DNA from: Eledone cirrhosa
Taxonomy: Eukaryota
Length of the DNA: 64,000 nt
NCBI GenBank assembly: GCA_964016885.1
Contig: OZ024744.1
Span: 26,660,001-26,724,000 of the forward strand
Direction of reading: 5' to 3'
The notes beneath the pieces are model-generated. The model was not told the origin of the DNA, made no database searches, and saw nothing but the letters and a program-made list of their open reading frames with translations. Shown one piece after another: positions 53,860 to 64,000 of the stretch. The position numbers were made by a program, and so were the translations under genes. Numbering within the stretch: the first letter of the stretch is position 1; every line of letters starts with the position of its first letter.

Positions 53860-54272
53860 TGGTGGGTTGGCAGTATCGGTAGAGGGTCGGACGCCATGCT
53901 TTGCAACAAAGAGTTACAACCATTTATGATCTGAGTTCAAATCGCGTCGAGGTTAACTTTGCCTTTCATCCTTACGGAGTCGATAAAATAGAGTACCAGT
54001 AATACACTTAGAAAAATTGCTGGCCTTGTGCCAAAAGTTGAAACAATTATTTTTAAATCATGATTTCTCATTGAGGCACAAGGCCAACAATTTTATGTAT
54101 GTTTGGAGATTCGAGTATATCGATCCCCGTGTGTAACTAGTTGTTTATTAACAAACCTGTAAGGATGAAAGGTAAAGCTAACCTCCGCGGGATTTCTACT
54201 CAAAACGTAAAGGTACGTAACTTAATGCCACTAAGCAAGTTGACTGACGCTCTACCGACACTGCCAATCCAC
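53860..54272. mobile_element. Two family A SINEs tail-to-tail (+ 53860-54050, - 54075-54272)
   Basis: Core and tail recognisable on opposite strands. Confidence 0.82.
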
Positions 54273-54818
54273 TATATATCGCTTTAAAATATTAGATAAG
54301 TTACTTGATGTAAAACTAAGATAGTAAAAATGTAAAACGGTTTTAAAACAAAATCTGAATGAAAAAGAATTCAGGTTTAAGTTGAATATTTATGCAATGA
54401 AACGAATTTCGGTCCGCCTTTCCTTGGAATATAAACCTGGTATTCTGGCATTCCGGTATTCTGGCTTTCTGTCATTCCCGTATCACCTCACAAAACTTAC
54501 ACGCCATGAAATTAAATACAAACAACAAAAAGCAAAACTGCAGACATTTTTTTCTTCCGAACTATCACCACATTCGTATAGTCCGTCAGTTCACAGTCTG
54601 TAAATAGCACACTGGATAGTCTCAAATTCTCTTATAAGCACAAACAAAACCCTTCTCTATTACACACTATTATATACAAACACACATACATATACACACA
54701 TAGATTCTCTCCCTCTCATATATATTATATATATATATAATTCATTTTTATCGTGAGTATATACATATATATAAATATATTTATATGTATATCCATATCA
54801 TTTGTTTTTTATCGTATG

Positions 54819-54927
<109 letters not shown>

Positions 54928-55672
54928 GTATATGTGTGTGTGTCAATACATATCGTTCTTTTCTCTGCCTCTCTGTCTGTCTCTTTCTCTCTATCTATCT
55001 CTATCTTTCTTATACACACACACACACACTCATCACTGTTCCATACAAAAATAAGGAGTGTACATGAGAACCCTTTCTAGGAGAAATGTTCATTGAGATT
55101 AGTTGTCTTTCTATAAACTGGCATTGATGAAAAAAAAATTGTTTAAAAACCATACTCGACAAACAAGTGAGTTAACTCTACCAAACTGGGAGGAAACTCA
55201 AATTTCATGATGGGAAATGGCGAGACGATAATGGATCAAAGCTCCACTTATGTCTCAACTCGAGGTATCCTACCCAACATGTGTTTTTCATCCATTTGTA
55301 TTTTATTTATTTTTTTCATCCTATTGAACAAAAATAATGTTAGTCTTCTGAAGAGTAATTATAGCACACCTCCTGACATCTGTTATTAACTGGCATTGCT
55401 TTATATTTACCAAATATCTCTACTGAGGAGCATTCTGTGACATCCGTAAAGGATGGTCTCATTCAAAATGTAATCAGTTAAATCCAATACTTTGTGGCTT
55501 TGTAATTCAAAACCGTAAATGTCTTTTGACTATTGAAAAGACCAATTTTGATGGGTGGTTTGGGTGGAAAAGAGAATGTAGTTGATTGAATTAACTCATT
55601 ATATTACAAATAATTTTTTTACCATTTAGTAAGAGAGGGAAAGGCACATCCCATGATCTATTGTTTATTCAG

Positions 55673-55812
55673 GACCTCCGAGATTTGTGAAAGGAAGAGG
55701 GGAGCAGGTTTCTACATACCGGAGACATGGCCCTAATTCTTATACGAGTGTGAAGTTTGCTAAAGATAACCAAAAACCCGACGATGGTGTAAAGTTGGGT
55801 GGCAGATTTTAA
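55673..55812 (+). CDS. Unrecognised coding segment, paralog of 47777-48009
   Basis: After TTTATTCAG: (G)PPRFVKGRGEQVSTYRRHGPNSYTSVKFAKDNQKPDDGVKLGGRF*; too short for the ORF track. Confidence 0.45.
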
Positions 55813-56689
55813 AACATTTATGTGGGAATAACATAATAACAAACTATTCCAGTTGTATTCTAGCGTTTGAAAAAACAGAAATGTAATTTCTGTTGCTCGG
55901 GCAATACATCCAGACATGGTCCTTCCTTTGCGAGAGAAACTATGAGCAGTATTGTAGGGAGCTAACGATTCATATGACGCTAAAGTTCCTTTTTTCTTCT
56001 TAGTTTACTCTCGCCATCTTTCTATCCCTTTCTTCGTTTTTCTCCATAAATTCTGCTCCATCGTTTTCATCCCCATGTTTCTCCTCTCCTCCTCTTCTTT
56101 TTCTCTATAACTCTCTGATTTCTCATCTCATACTTTAGACTCTCTTTCTTCCTCCCTCTCCCTCTCCGTTCGATTTGAGGTTATATCTTAACTCCCAAAT
56201 GTTTTACTACACATATAGTATCTAGCTGTTTACGGCTACCCTTTGCGCTGAGAATTCTTTCGAGGTCGATAAAAAAAGTACCAGTCAAGTTCTGGGGTCG
56301 ATTCTGCCTCTATATATAATGCTCACTTCCATTCACTCACTCGCTACCCTTCTCTGGAGAAAATGTGCTGTATTCAGCCCTGAAGAGATAGATGGACTCC
56401 GCCAGATTTTAAAATATCCTAGAAACACCGTATGTGAATATTGTGCTCCTGCGCCTTCCTCGGGTGTAACGGGGCCATGCATGCAATCCACCTAGTTGTA
56501 ATAGAAATAGATATCATGATAGGTACAATTCTCTATTATTAACAACAGTAGTATAACATAATCATCATTTTTTTGTTAGCTAGGACTGTCAGATGCAATA
56601 CAGTCGAACAACAACCTACGTAAAGATTGGAGAAGTCCGGGCTTCACAACGCTGAAAAGAAAAAAGAAAATGAAAATTATAGTTCCCAC

Positions 56690-57095
56690 CTAAGTTAGTT
56701 GTATCTTATATGAGGTTTCTTGGGTGTTTTGATGATAGAGTTCCCAGTCCTACCAACGTTCTACATATTGTTATTACAGCTCATACTTATGTAGCTTTAG
56801 CTGGCCTCCGACAAGTTTGATATTATACGCGGTTTCTTGGGTGTTTTAATGATAGGGACCCATATCAGGTTTATGGAGCGTTTTAATGATAGGGGCCCCA
56901 GTCCTATCAATACTCTACAAATTGTTGTTACAGTTCACACCTATGTTGGTTTAATTGGCATTCTACAAGGTTGATTCTCGTGGAATGTTTCTTGGTTGTT
57001 TTAATAATAGGGATTCCAGTCCTATCAACACTACATATATAAGTTTAGCTGTTGTACCTTGTAGGAGGTTTTTTGGAGTGTCTTAATGATATGGG
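56690..57095 (+). repeat. Diverged tandem repeat of up to ~120 bp, 4-5 partly incomplete units
   Basis: Recurring GGTTTCTTGGGTGTTTTAATGATAGGG...CCAGTCCTATCAA. Confidence 0.7.
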
Positions 57096-57603
57096 AAAAA
57101 CTTTGTTGATTCCTTACATAAACTTAAAATCCTTATTTATAATGGGATATTGAGATGATTATTCCTTCCTGAAAAAATATAGGGACGTAAATAAAGGGAA
57201 ACTCACATTGAGCGAGAAACGAAACTACATCGTTATCTGCAAAGCCACCAATTTAGTCGAAGGTACAGTCGATTTCATTATCTCCGTCCAACCTAGTACA
57301 TGTCTGCTACTTTATTCTATATACCCTAAAACAATGACAGCCAAAGTTCATCTGTCTGGGATTTGAACTTAGAAGGTAAAGTAATGTTAGTGAAAACCAG
57401 CCAGACATATCCTTGACCCTCTATTGGATTTTGCCAATCCCCCGCTCCACTTTTTTCAAGAATATATTATTACATGAAAAATATTTTAAATCGAATTTTC
57501 TTACATCTCGTTAGATGTAGCAACATTAAGGTGATACTTCGGTTTCAAAGAAAATCTTCTGCTTGCATAACCATCCTTCAGTCTCATTAAGCAGGCACTA
57601 TAG

Positions 57604-57921
57604 CAGAGGTTCTCAAAGTGGGTGCTACCACCCACCAGGGAGTGTTGAGAAGGTCCAGGGGCGCTGGTGGGTAGAGATAATATAATAGTATATTAAATAT
57701 CAAATGATACTTATATATATATAAATGTAGTAAAATATATAATATATATTTATACATAGTATATATTATATTATTTATTATATATAAATTAACGATTTTA
57801 TTTATTATATATTATTTACAATTTGTGTATAGGTAGCTCTCTCTGGAAATAGGGTTGAAGGGCTGAGGATGTAACATGGCCGTGAAGGGTGGGGAGGGGC
57901 TCCAAACTTTGAGGACCTCTG
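57604..57921. mobile_element. hAT (Charlie/Buster-like) MITE
   Basis: TIRs CAGAGGTTCTCAAAGT and ACTTTGAGGACCTCTG; 8-bp TSD CACTATAG / CTCTATAG. Confidence 0.85.
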
Positions 57922-58058
57922 CTCTATAGTGATAAACCATTGCTCATAATCTGGAATACCCATCTTCCCAGATAGCAAAACCACCGTAATGTAATATAAA
58001 GAATAATCAGCTGTTCTTCTTATATTAGCTAATCTTCCATCCTACCACCATTACCACA

Positions 58059-58321
58059 TCTATATATCTCTTTCTATATAAACGAAAACGTCTGTGTCTG
58101 TATGCAGGCGATGCATTTCCACAGTTTTCGTCCGATTTTGTTCACATTTATTACATAGGTTATTTAGCTCCTGGATCATGTCACCTTATAGTTTGAATCT
58201 TGCTCTCTCCTAAAATAGCAGAGTTCTGGGACTATCATAAGACGGCCATGTTGAGGAGAGAGGGAGGTCTTTATCTACAGTGGAGGATGGTGTGCCCGGC
58301 AACGTCGGGTTTTTTTACTAG
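58059..58321 (+). mobile_element. Non-autonomous Helitron
   Basis: A|TC 5' end, subterminal hairpin GCCCGGCAACGTCGGGT, CTAG|T 3' end. Confidence 0.78.
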
Positions 58322-58334
58322 TAAATAATTATTT

Positions 58335-58505
58335 TTTTCTTTTGGCACATGGTCAGCAATTATTCAAGTACGTTACTGGTACTTTATTTTATGGACCCCG
58401 TAAGGATGAAAGGCAAAGTTAACCTAGGCGGGATTTAACTCACATCTTAAAGGGCCGTAACTCTATGTTGCAAAGCATGGCGCCCGACCCTCTACTGATA
58501 GTGCC
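58335..58505 (-). mobile_element. tRNA-derived SINE, family A
   Basis: Reverse complement of head, core and tail. Confidence 0.8.
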
Positions 58506-58652
58506 ATAATGCAATGGGAGTGAATAGAAATGATGCATCGTGATACCAGTTACGTCACAAACGTTTATAAATCATTGCTGTTAACAACAACGGTGTCATT
58601 CATTTTGAGCGAAGTTAGCGAAGTCATTTTAAGCAAGGTTATTTTTAAGTAA

Positions 58653-58845
58653 TACTAGAGCTGACAAGTTCATAGGCTGACCAAGATACTCTCATGTAAT
58701 GACCAAATGAGGTTCATTTTTCAACATCGTCCCTGAAACAATACAATTATTGATAATAAAAGTTGAAATTAATGCGTGCAAGATTTCACAGCTCTAGCAT
58801 CACTACTTGATAGTCAGCCTTTGAACTTTACAGCCGACATTCGTA
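58653..58845. mobile_element. Mariner-type MITE
   Basis: Imperfect TIRs GCTGACAAGTTCATAGGCTGAC and GTCAGCCTTTGAACTTTACAGC with terminal TA. Confidence 0.68.
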
Positions 58846-59251
58846 TCACAGCCTGATTTATACATGATATGTTTATATATAATGGCCCCAGCATGGTCTC
58901 AGCCAGGTGGCTGGAAAAGGTAAAAGAGTAAAAGAGTATATATGAAACAACTAACCCATTTCTTTCAATCTATCTATATTATAAAAGAGAATCTGTTTCT
59001 CCCTCTGGCTGTCACAATATATATTTAGAAGGAGGGGAAAATGGGAGGAGTGTAAAGTTGGTGTTGTTGTTGTTGTATATATCGTGTGTATATATATATC
59101 TTCTTCTTCGGCCGAGACAAACTGACATCGCTTAATAGGCATCACTCAAAATACAGATAATTTTAACTTCGCTCAAACGACTGGACACGAACAACAACAT
59201 CGTACTGTCTTCAGGCATTAGATTTCACTAATAATGGTAATGAAATGAGAA

Positions 59252-59575
59252 AGTGAGTAGCTTAATGGTTAGTGTGATCGGCTCAAGATGATATGGCCGT
59301 GAGGTAGATTCTGTTGAGTCCTTGAGTAAGAAATGTTATTTCACATTGCTCCAGTTCACTCAGTCTGCAAAGAAAAGTGAGTTGTGCTTATTATTGAAAA
59401 GGGCAGCCGTTCCACTCCATGTGTGACGCTGTATATCTGTGATAACTACACTAATTGTAGATTAAAGGTACACGTGTCTGTGGAATATTCAGCTACTTAC
59501 TCGTTAATTTCAGGGACAGGCTTGTATTCCGTTGCTTGTATCAACTGGAGAACGAAACAGAGCTTCAGCATGGAC
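59252..59575 (+). mobile_element. Second tRNA-derived SINE family (B), decayed
   Basis: A-box-like TAGCTTAATGGTTAG, then GTCCTTGAGTAAG..TATTTCACATTGCTCCAG body; related fragments near 28540-28630. Confidence 0.6.
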
Positions 59576-59906
59576 ACAGAAACTTAACAGACGCAATGAT
59601 TTCATCCAATAATCTAAAGGTTGGTGTTGGAATGTGAAACGAGATTCCTTTACGATAAAGATTGACATTTGTGAAGTTTAAAACTATATTGGAGGTCTTC
59701 TAAAACCCTTACAAACACCAAAACATTATTCCCAAGTGTTCCTATCTCCCCCCCCCCTTTTTTTTGCGTCATCACCTACTTTCAAAAGGAAAAATTTTCC
59801 ATCGCCCACCAGTGTCGTAAATATTCAAAAGTATACTAAAGATATTTGGTAAAAATGTTTTACTAAATATATTTGGTAAAAGTTTTATTCCCATTTAGCC
59901 TCTTGT

Positions 59907-59947
<41 letters not shown>

Positions 59948-60245
59948 TAATTTAATATATCAACTAACATAGGCGCACAGATGCACGTCCATGCCAGCAA
60001 ATACACAGGTTATGTCATAGTACCTAGGTGGTTCAATGCAGGAGGGTGCAGAACAATAATATAAACTTCTAACTAGCCTCTGTGTCACGTGATTGATTCT
60101 TTAGAATCGGCCATTTGACTAGAAGCAGTGAGAATTTCAGTACATGGAATCCAGTCCTCGCCAGCTGTTCTTTCTACCGAATTATTATTATTTTTATATG
60201 AGCCGCCAGTGTCCGCGCATTGCCTGGAGACTCAGCTGAGAATAG

Positions 60246-60327
60246 ACTCCCTGATGACGCAATGAATTCTCGACAGTTGGATTATGTAACTGTCTTTATC
60301 CCATTGCAGAAACTAATTAGTTGGAGT
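60246..60327 (+). ncRNA. Type I hammerhead ribozyme, intact core
   Basis: ACUCC-CUGAUGA-C-GCAAUG..GACAGUU..AACUGUC..CAUUGC-A-GAAA-CUAAUUAG-UU-GGAGU. Confidence 0.88.
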
Positions 60328-60515
60328 GAAAATTTAAGTAAGTAAGTAAAAGATTTTTTTAAAATTTTTTTAAAAATTATTTTCTTATCTTACGTCTTTT
60401 ATATTATTGTTCTGCACCCTCCTGCATTGAACCATCTAGGTACTATGACATAACCTGTGTATTTGCTGGCATGGACGTGCATCTGTGCGCCTATGTTAGT
60501 TGATATATTAAATTA

Positions 60516-60572
<57 letters not shown>

Positions 60573-60864
60573 ACAAGAGGCTAAATGGGAATAAAATCAC
60601 TGATTTGTCGAGCAAACCTGCCAAAACCACTTCTAAATTTTTTTGGGGGTGTTAGTAGGCGTCAGTCATCTTACCATCCCATTCCTTCTAACTAGCCTCT
60701 GTGTCACGTGATTGATTCTTTAGAATCGGCCATTTGACTAGAAGCAGTGAGAATTTCAGTACATGGAACCCAGTCCTCGCCAGCTGTTCTTTCTACCGAA
60801 TTATTATTATTTTTATATGAGCCGCCAGTGTCCGCGCATTGCCTGGAGACTCAGCTGAGAATAG

Positions 60865-60946
60865 ACTCCCTGATGACGCAATGAATTCTCGACAGTTGGA
60901 TTACGTAACTGTCTTTATCCCATTGCAGAAACTAATTAGTTGGAGT
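60865..60946 (+). ncRNA. Type I hammerhead ribozyme, second tandem copy
   Basis: Identical to 60246-60327 except one loop base. Confidence 0.88.
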
Positions 60947-61012
60947 GAAAATTTAAGTAAGTAAGTAAAAGATTTTTAAAAAATTTTTTTTTAAATATTT
61001 TCTTATCTTACG

Positions 61013-61107
<95 letters not shown>

Positions 61108-61108
<1 letters not shown>

Positions 61109-61513
61109 TAGCCGAATTACCCGCGCCTTCCTGCGTTTCACATATTTTTTTAATAAGTAAATAATGATTGATTTTAAATCAGTGATATCATTTATGGAGA
61201 AAAACTCTGCATTTCAATATTACTCAATGTAAAATGTAATGCATGAAAAATTAGAAAACATTATTTTTTGTAATATATCAAATCAAAATTTACATTATTA
61301 AATCTTATTCTCATTTTGTTTTTGTAAATCATTTTTTTTAAAATATCAATTCAAAACTTTTGTGAATAGGTATCATATCTTGTGATTTACCTATGGTTTA
61401 ACTTTCATATAAATCGAAGGAAAAACATTTTCAGAATATATAGGGTTATGGGGGTCTATCTCCAAAACCATAGGAGTAGTTCATGAACAAACAAACAGAC
61501 AGACAGGAATACA

Positions 61514-61525
<12 letters not shown>
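61108..61525 (-). mobile_element. Non-autonomous Helitron in (TA)n
   Basis: The minus strand begins TATAAAGTTGTATTCCTGTCTGTCTGTTTG and ends ACGCAGGAAGGCGCGGGTAATTCGGCTAG. Confidence 0.62.
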
Positions 61526-61586
<61 letters not shown>

Positions 61587-61725
61587 ATGCTTTGGGAGGG
61601 TCATGTTGCCAATAAGAAACACACGCACCATTGCTGTCACTCCAATTTATTATAAATTAAATTTGTAAATTTATAAATTTCCGGTTGGTTGGTTGGTTCC
61701 ACAACCGGACGGTTGTTCATATATT

Positions 61726-61768
61726 GTCAAAGTTCTTTCGTCACACATTCTGTGAACTCTTCAGTGAC
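61726..61768 (-). ncRNA. Type I hammerhead motif with non-palindromic stem III
   Basis: GUCA-CUGAAGA-GUUCACAGAAUGUGUGAC-GAAA-GAAC-UU-UGAC; a decayed relative lies at about 16735-16772 (+). Confidence 0.62.
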
Positions 61769-62236
61769 TGGGGATTCTTTTCTTTGTTTTTGTGCCTCTC
61801 CTTTGTTCTGTCCTACGCCATCTTGTTTTTGTGTGTCAAAGCATAACAATATCGGTTTCAACACATGTTTTTCAGATAACGAATCTTGCTAAACAAATTC
61901 AGAAACGAAATATATATATATATATCACATAAGAAACGGAGAATCAATGTTGCGACAAATAAAATGTATTAGACATATTAAAATCCTTTCTCTGTCGACC
62001 AGATTGATGCACGATCGATGTAATGATCAAACCTGACTCTGAAATCGCAAGGTCCTCAAATACGTCTGGATTCTACGAAGCGGAGTTTCCAAATATATAT
62101 ATGGTAAACATTGAGGACCAAATGAATTAACTGTGGAGATATAAAAGATACAGAAGCGAAAACCAGCCAAACAGTGAGTGTATTCTGTTATTATTTCTGG
62201 CAATATTATTACAACAATATGACCCTCCTCAAGTAT

Positions 62237-62320
<84 letters not shown>

Positions 62321-62483
62321 GAATTAGGATTTAGCTTCATGCATAGCTGTATACAGATATGTATTGGAATTTCGTATTTCTAAAGAAATACGGCATGTTT
62401 ATAGGTAAACATTTAGAAAGCCGTAGCTATGCAAACACCAGGGCTAACGCCCTCTGGTGGTGTCCAGCAGAAGCAAGGGGACA

Positions 62484-62527
62484 ATCGTCGATGCATTTCG
62501 AACTTAAGTGGTTTTCATCAGGACGAT
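62484..62527 (-). ncRNA. Minimal type I hammerhead, intact core
   Basis: AUCGUC-CUGAUGA-AAACCACUUAAGUUC-GAAA-UGCA-UC-GACGAU. Confidence 0.85.
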
Positions 62528-62777
62528 CGCCCCACCCTTGCGACTGCTAGACTTGAAAACATGGGATAATATGTAGTTTTCTCGTCTGTGTAAATGAGAT
62601 GATTAATCTCATTTGCATATGAAGCTACTTAAGTTGGATCAACAGGACGATCCCTCCCACTCTTAAGCCAACTTATGCCGCTTCATATGTACATGAGATT
62701 AATCACCCTATTTACACAGACGAGAAAACTATATATTCTCACCTGTTTTCAAGTCTAGCAGTCGCAAGGGTGTGGGG

Positions 62778-62821
62778 ATCGTCCTGATGAAAACCAGTTA
62801 AGATCGAATTACATCGACGAT
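62778..62821 (+). ncRNA. Decayed hammerhead in the opposite arm
   Basis: AUCGUC-CUGAUGA-...-GAAU-UACA-UC-GACGAU, with A15.1 mutated. Confidence 0.65.
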
Positions 62822-63767
62822 TGTCGCTCTTGCTTCTGTTGGACACGACCAGAGGGCGTTAGCCCAGGTGTTTGCATAGCTGCGGCTTTCTAAATGTTTA
62901 CCTATAAACATACCGTATTTCTTTAGAATTACGAAATTCCAATAGACACATATATATGTAGGTTCTTTGCATATCTCGTTTGAATTTCTTTTTCAACTAG
63001 CCTATATTGAAATACCTTCTTAATATTCTAAATCCTATATCGTACACCGAAATATCCAATCGTTCATCACTATCTATTCAATTGCTCATTACCTACCTAA
63101 CAGTTGAAATTGCCCTCCGGTGGGTGATATCAGCTACGTTGGGAAACCCAGATATAAATGAAGCCCATGGTAAAAGTAAGCGAGACGTTTTACTGCTCAG
63201 GTACGCAGGTTCATTTGTCTCTGAAAATAATCAATCAGTAACCATCAATCCCTTGTGCTGAAGACTATAGCTATGTCGGACACTTTGTAAAAGCCTTAAA
63301 AATGTCAAGGACAAAATTCCTTTTACTGAAATAAATGAAATATTTTTTGTCAAGAAAGACTCTATGAGCAAAGTGTTTCCTGGCGAAGGTTTAACTTTTG
63401 AGGTTTCATCTTGTTTGTTATTGTTGGTTTTTATTGTATTTTAATTTGATTTGTTGTTTTAAACATTATTAATCTTTAAAACAGGACGTAATTAATGCTT
63501 GCTGAATTCCCTAGACATTAATCTGTTGAACTATTATTTTTCGTGTTAGAGCAGGGTCAGAGTGCAGAGAAACATCTTGGAGAAAAAAGGTGGAAGGGAG
63601 GGGTGCAAATATATATGTATATATGTATGGCTGGATGGATGGATAAATGTATATACGGTCTCATAACGGCATTTCTTGGGTATTTTAAGCCTGGCCTGAG
63701 AACAGTATATTTCTTCCAGAGAAAGATAGAAAGTGAAAGATAGAGGAAATGAGAAAGAAGAAGAATT

Positions 63768-63895
63768 GACTCCAGTACTTGACTGGTACTTTCTTTATTT
63801 CGACCTCGAAAAGAAGAAAGGCAAAGTTGACCTCGGCGTGATTTGAACTCAGAGAGCAGAGGGCCGGAATGAATACCATAAAGCATTCTATTTGA
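63768..63895 (-). mobile_element. tRNA-derived SINE, family A core
   Basis: Reverse complement CTGAGTTCAAATCACGCCGAGGTCAACTTTGCCTTTC...GAGGTCGAAATAAAG..AGTACCAG. Confidence 0.78.
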
Positions 63896-64000
63896 CGATA
63901 TATATATATATATATATATAAACTTAAATTTCAAGAATGTCGGTCAGACCCGACATAATGTTGACTCAGTAATTATTGAACAAGCATATTGAGAATTTAA

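Larger units (their letters stand above)
59882..61018 (+). mobile_element. Non-coding tandem hammerhead element (retrozyme/pLTR-like) with an inverted segment
   Basis: Near-identical direct repeats 60066-60400 and 60685-61018 (offset 619); 59882-60065 is inverted relative to 60398-60596. Confidence 0.88.
62362..62944. mobile_element. ~580-bp fold-back element carrying two opposed hammerheads
   Basis: Arms of about 275 bp are diverged reverse complements with a short spacer near 62640-62665. Confidence 0.9.

Overview
AT-rich, microsatellite-dense eukaryotic DNA with no confidently intact host gene. The SINE families and repeat landscape suggest an octopod cephalopod (inference from memory of these repeats). 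The window is mostly decayed transposable elements: two Naiad-type Penelope-like elements (RT plus GIY-YIG), a near full-length RTE LINE, three Tx1/L1-clade LINEs, a head-to-tail stack of five 5'-truncated R4/Dong 3' ends in (AAT)n, CR1/CRE/RTE fragments, Hsmar2-like mariner deletion derivatives, Tc1/mariner, pogo and hAT MITEs, two non-autonomous Helitrons and over a dozen tRNA-derived SINEs. Most ORF-track hits are microsatellite artefacts. The main hidden signal is 13 type I hammerhead-ribozyme motifs from at least 8 sequence-unrelated families. They sit in fold-back or tandem elements beside (TA)n tracts and show covarying palindromic stem III and very variable stem II; one near-identical tandem pair would release a 619-nt retrozyme-like monomer. 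Other notable points: the main SINE's 3' tail matches the Tx1 LINE 3' tail, and two divergently oriented, unrecognised paralogous coding segments (47.9 kb minus, 55.7 kb plus) share 16/30 ungapped residues with synonymous codon changes.
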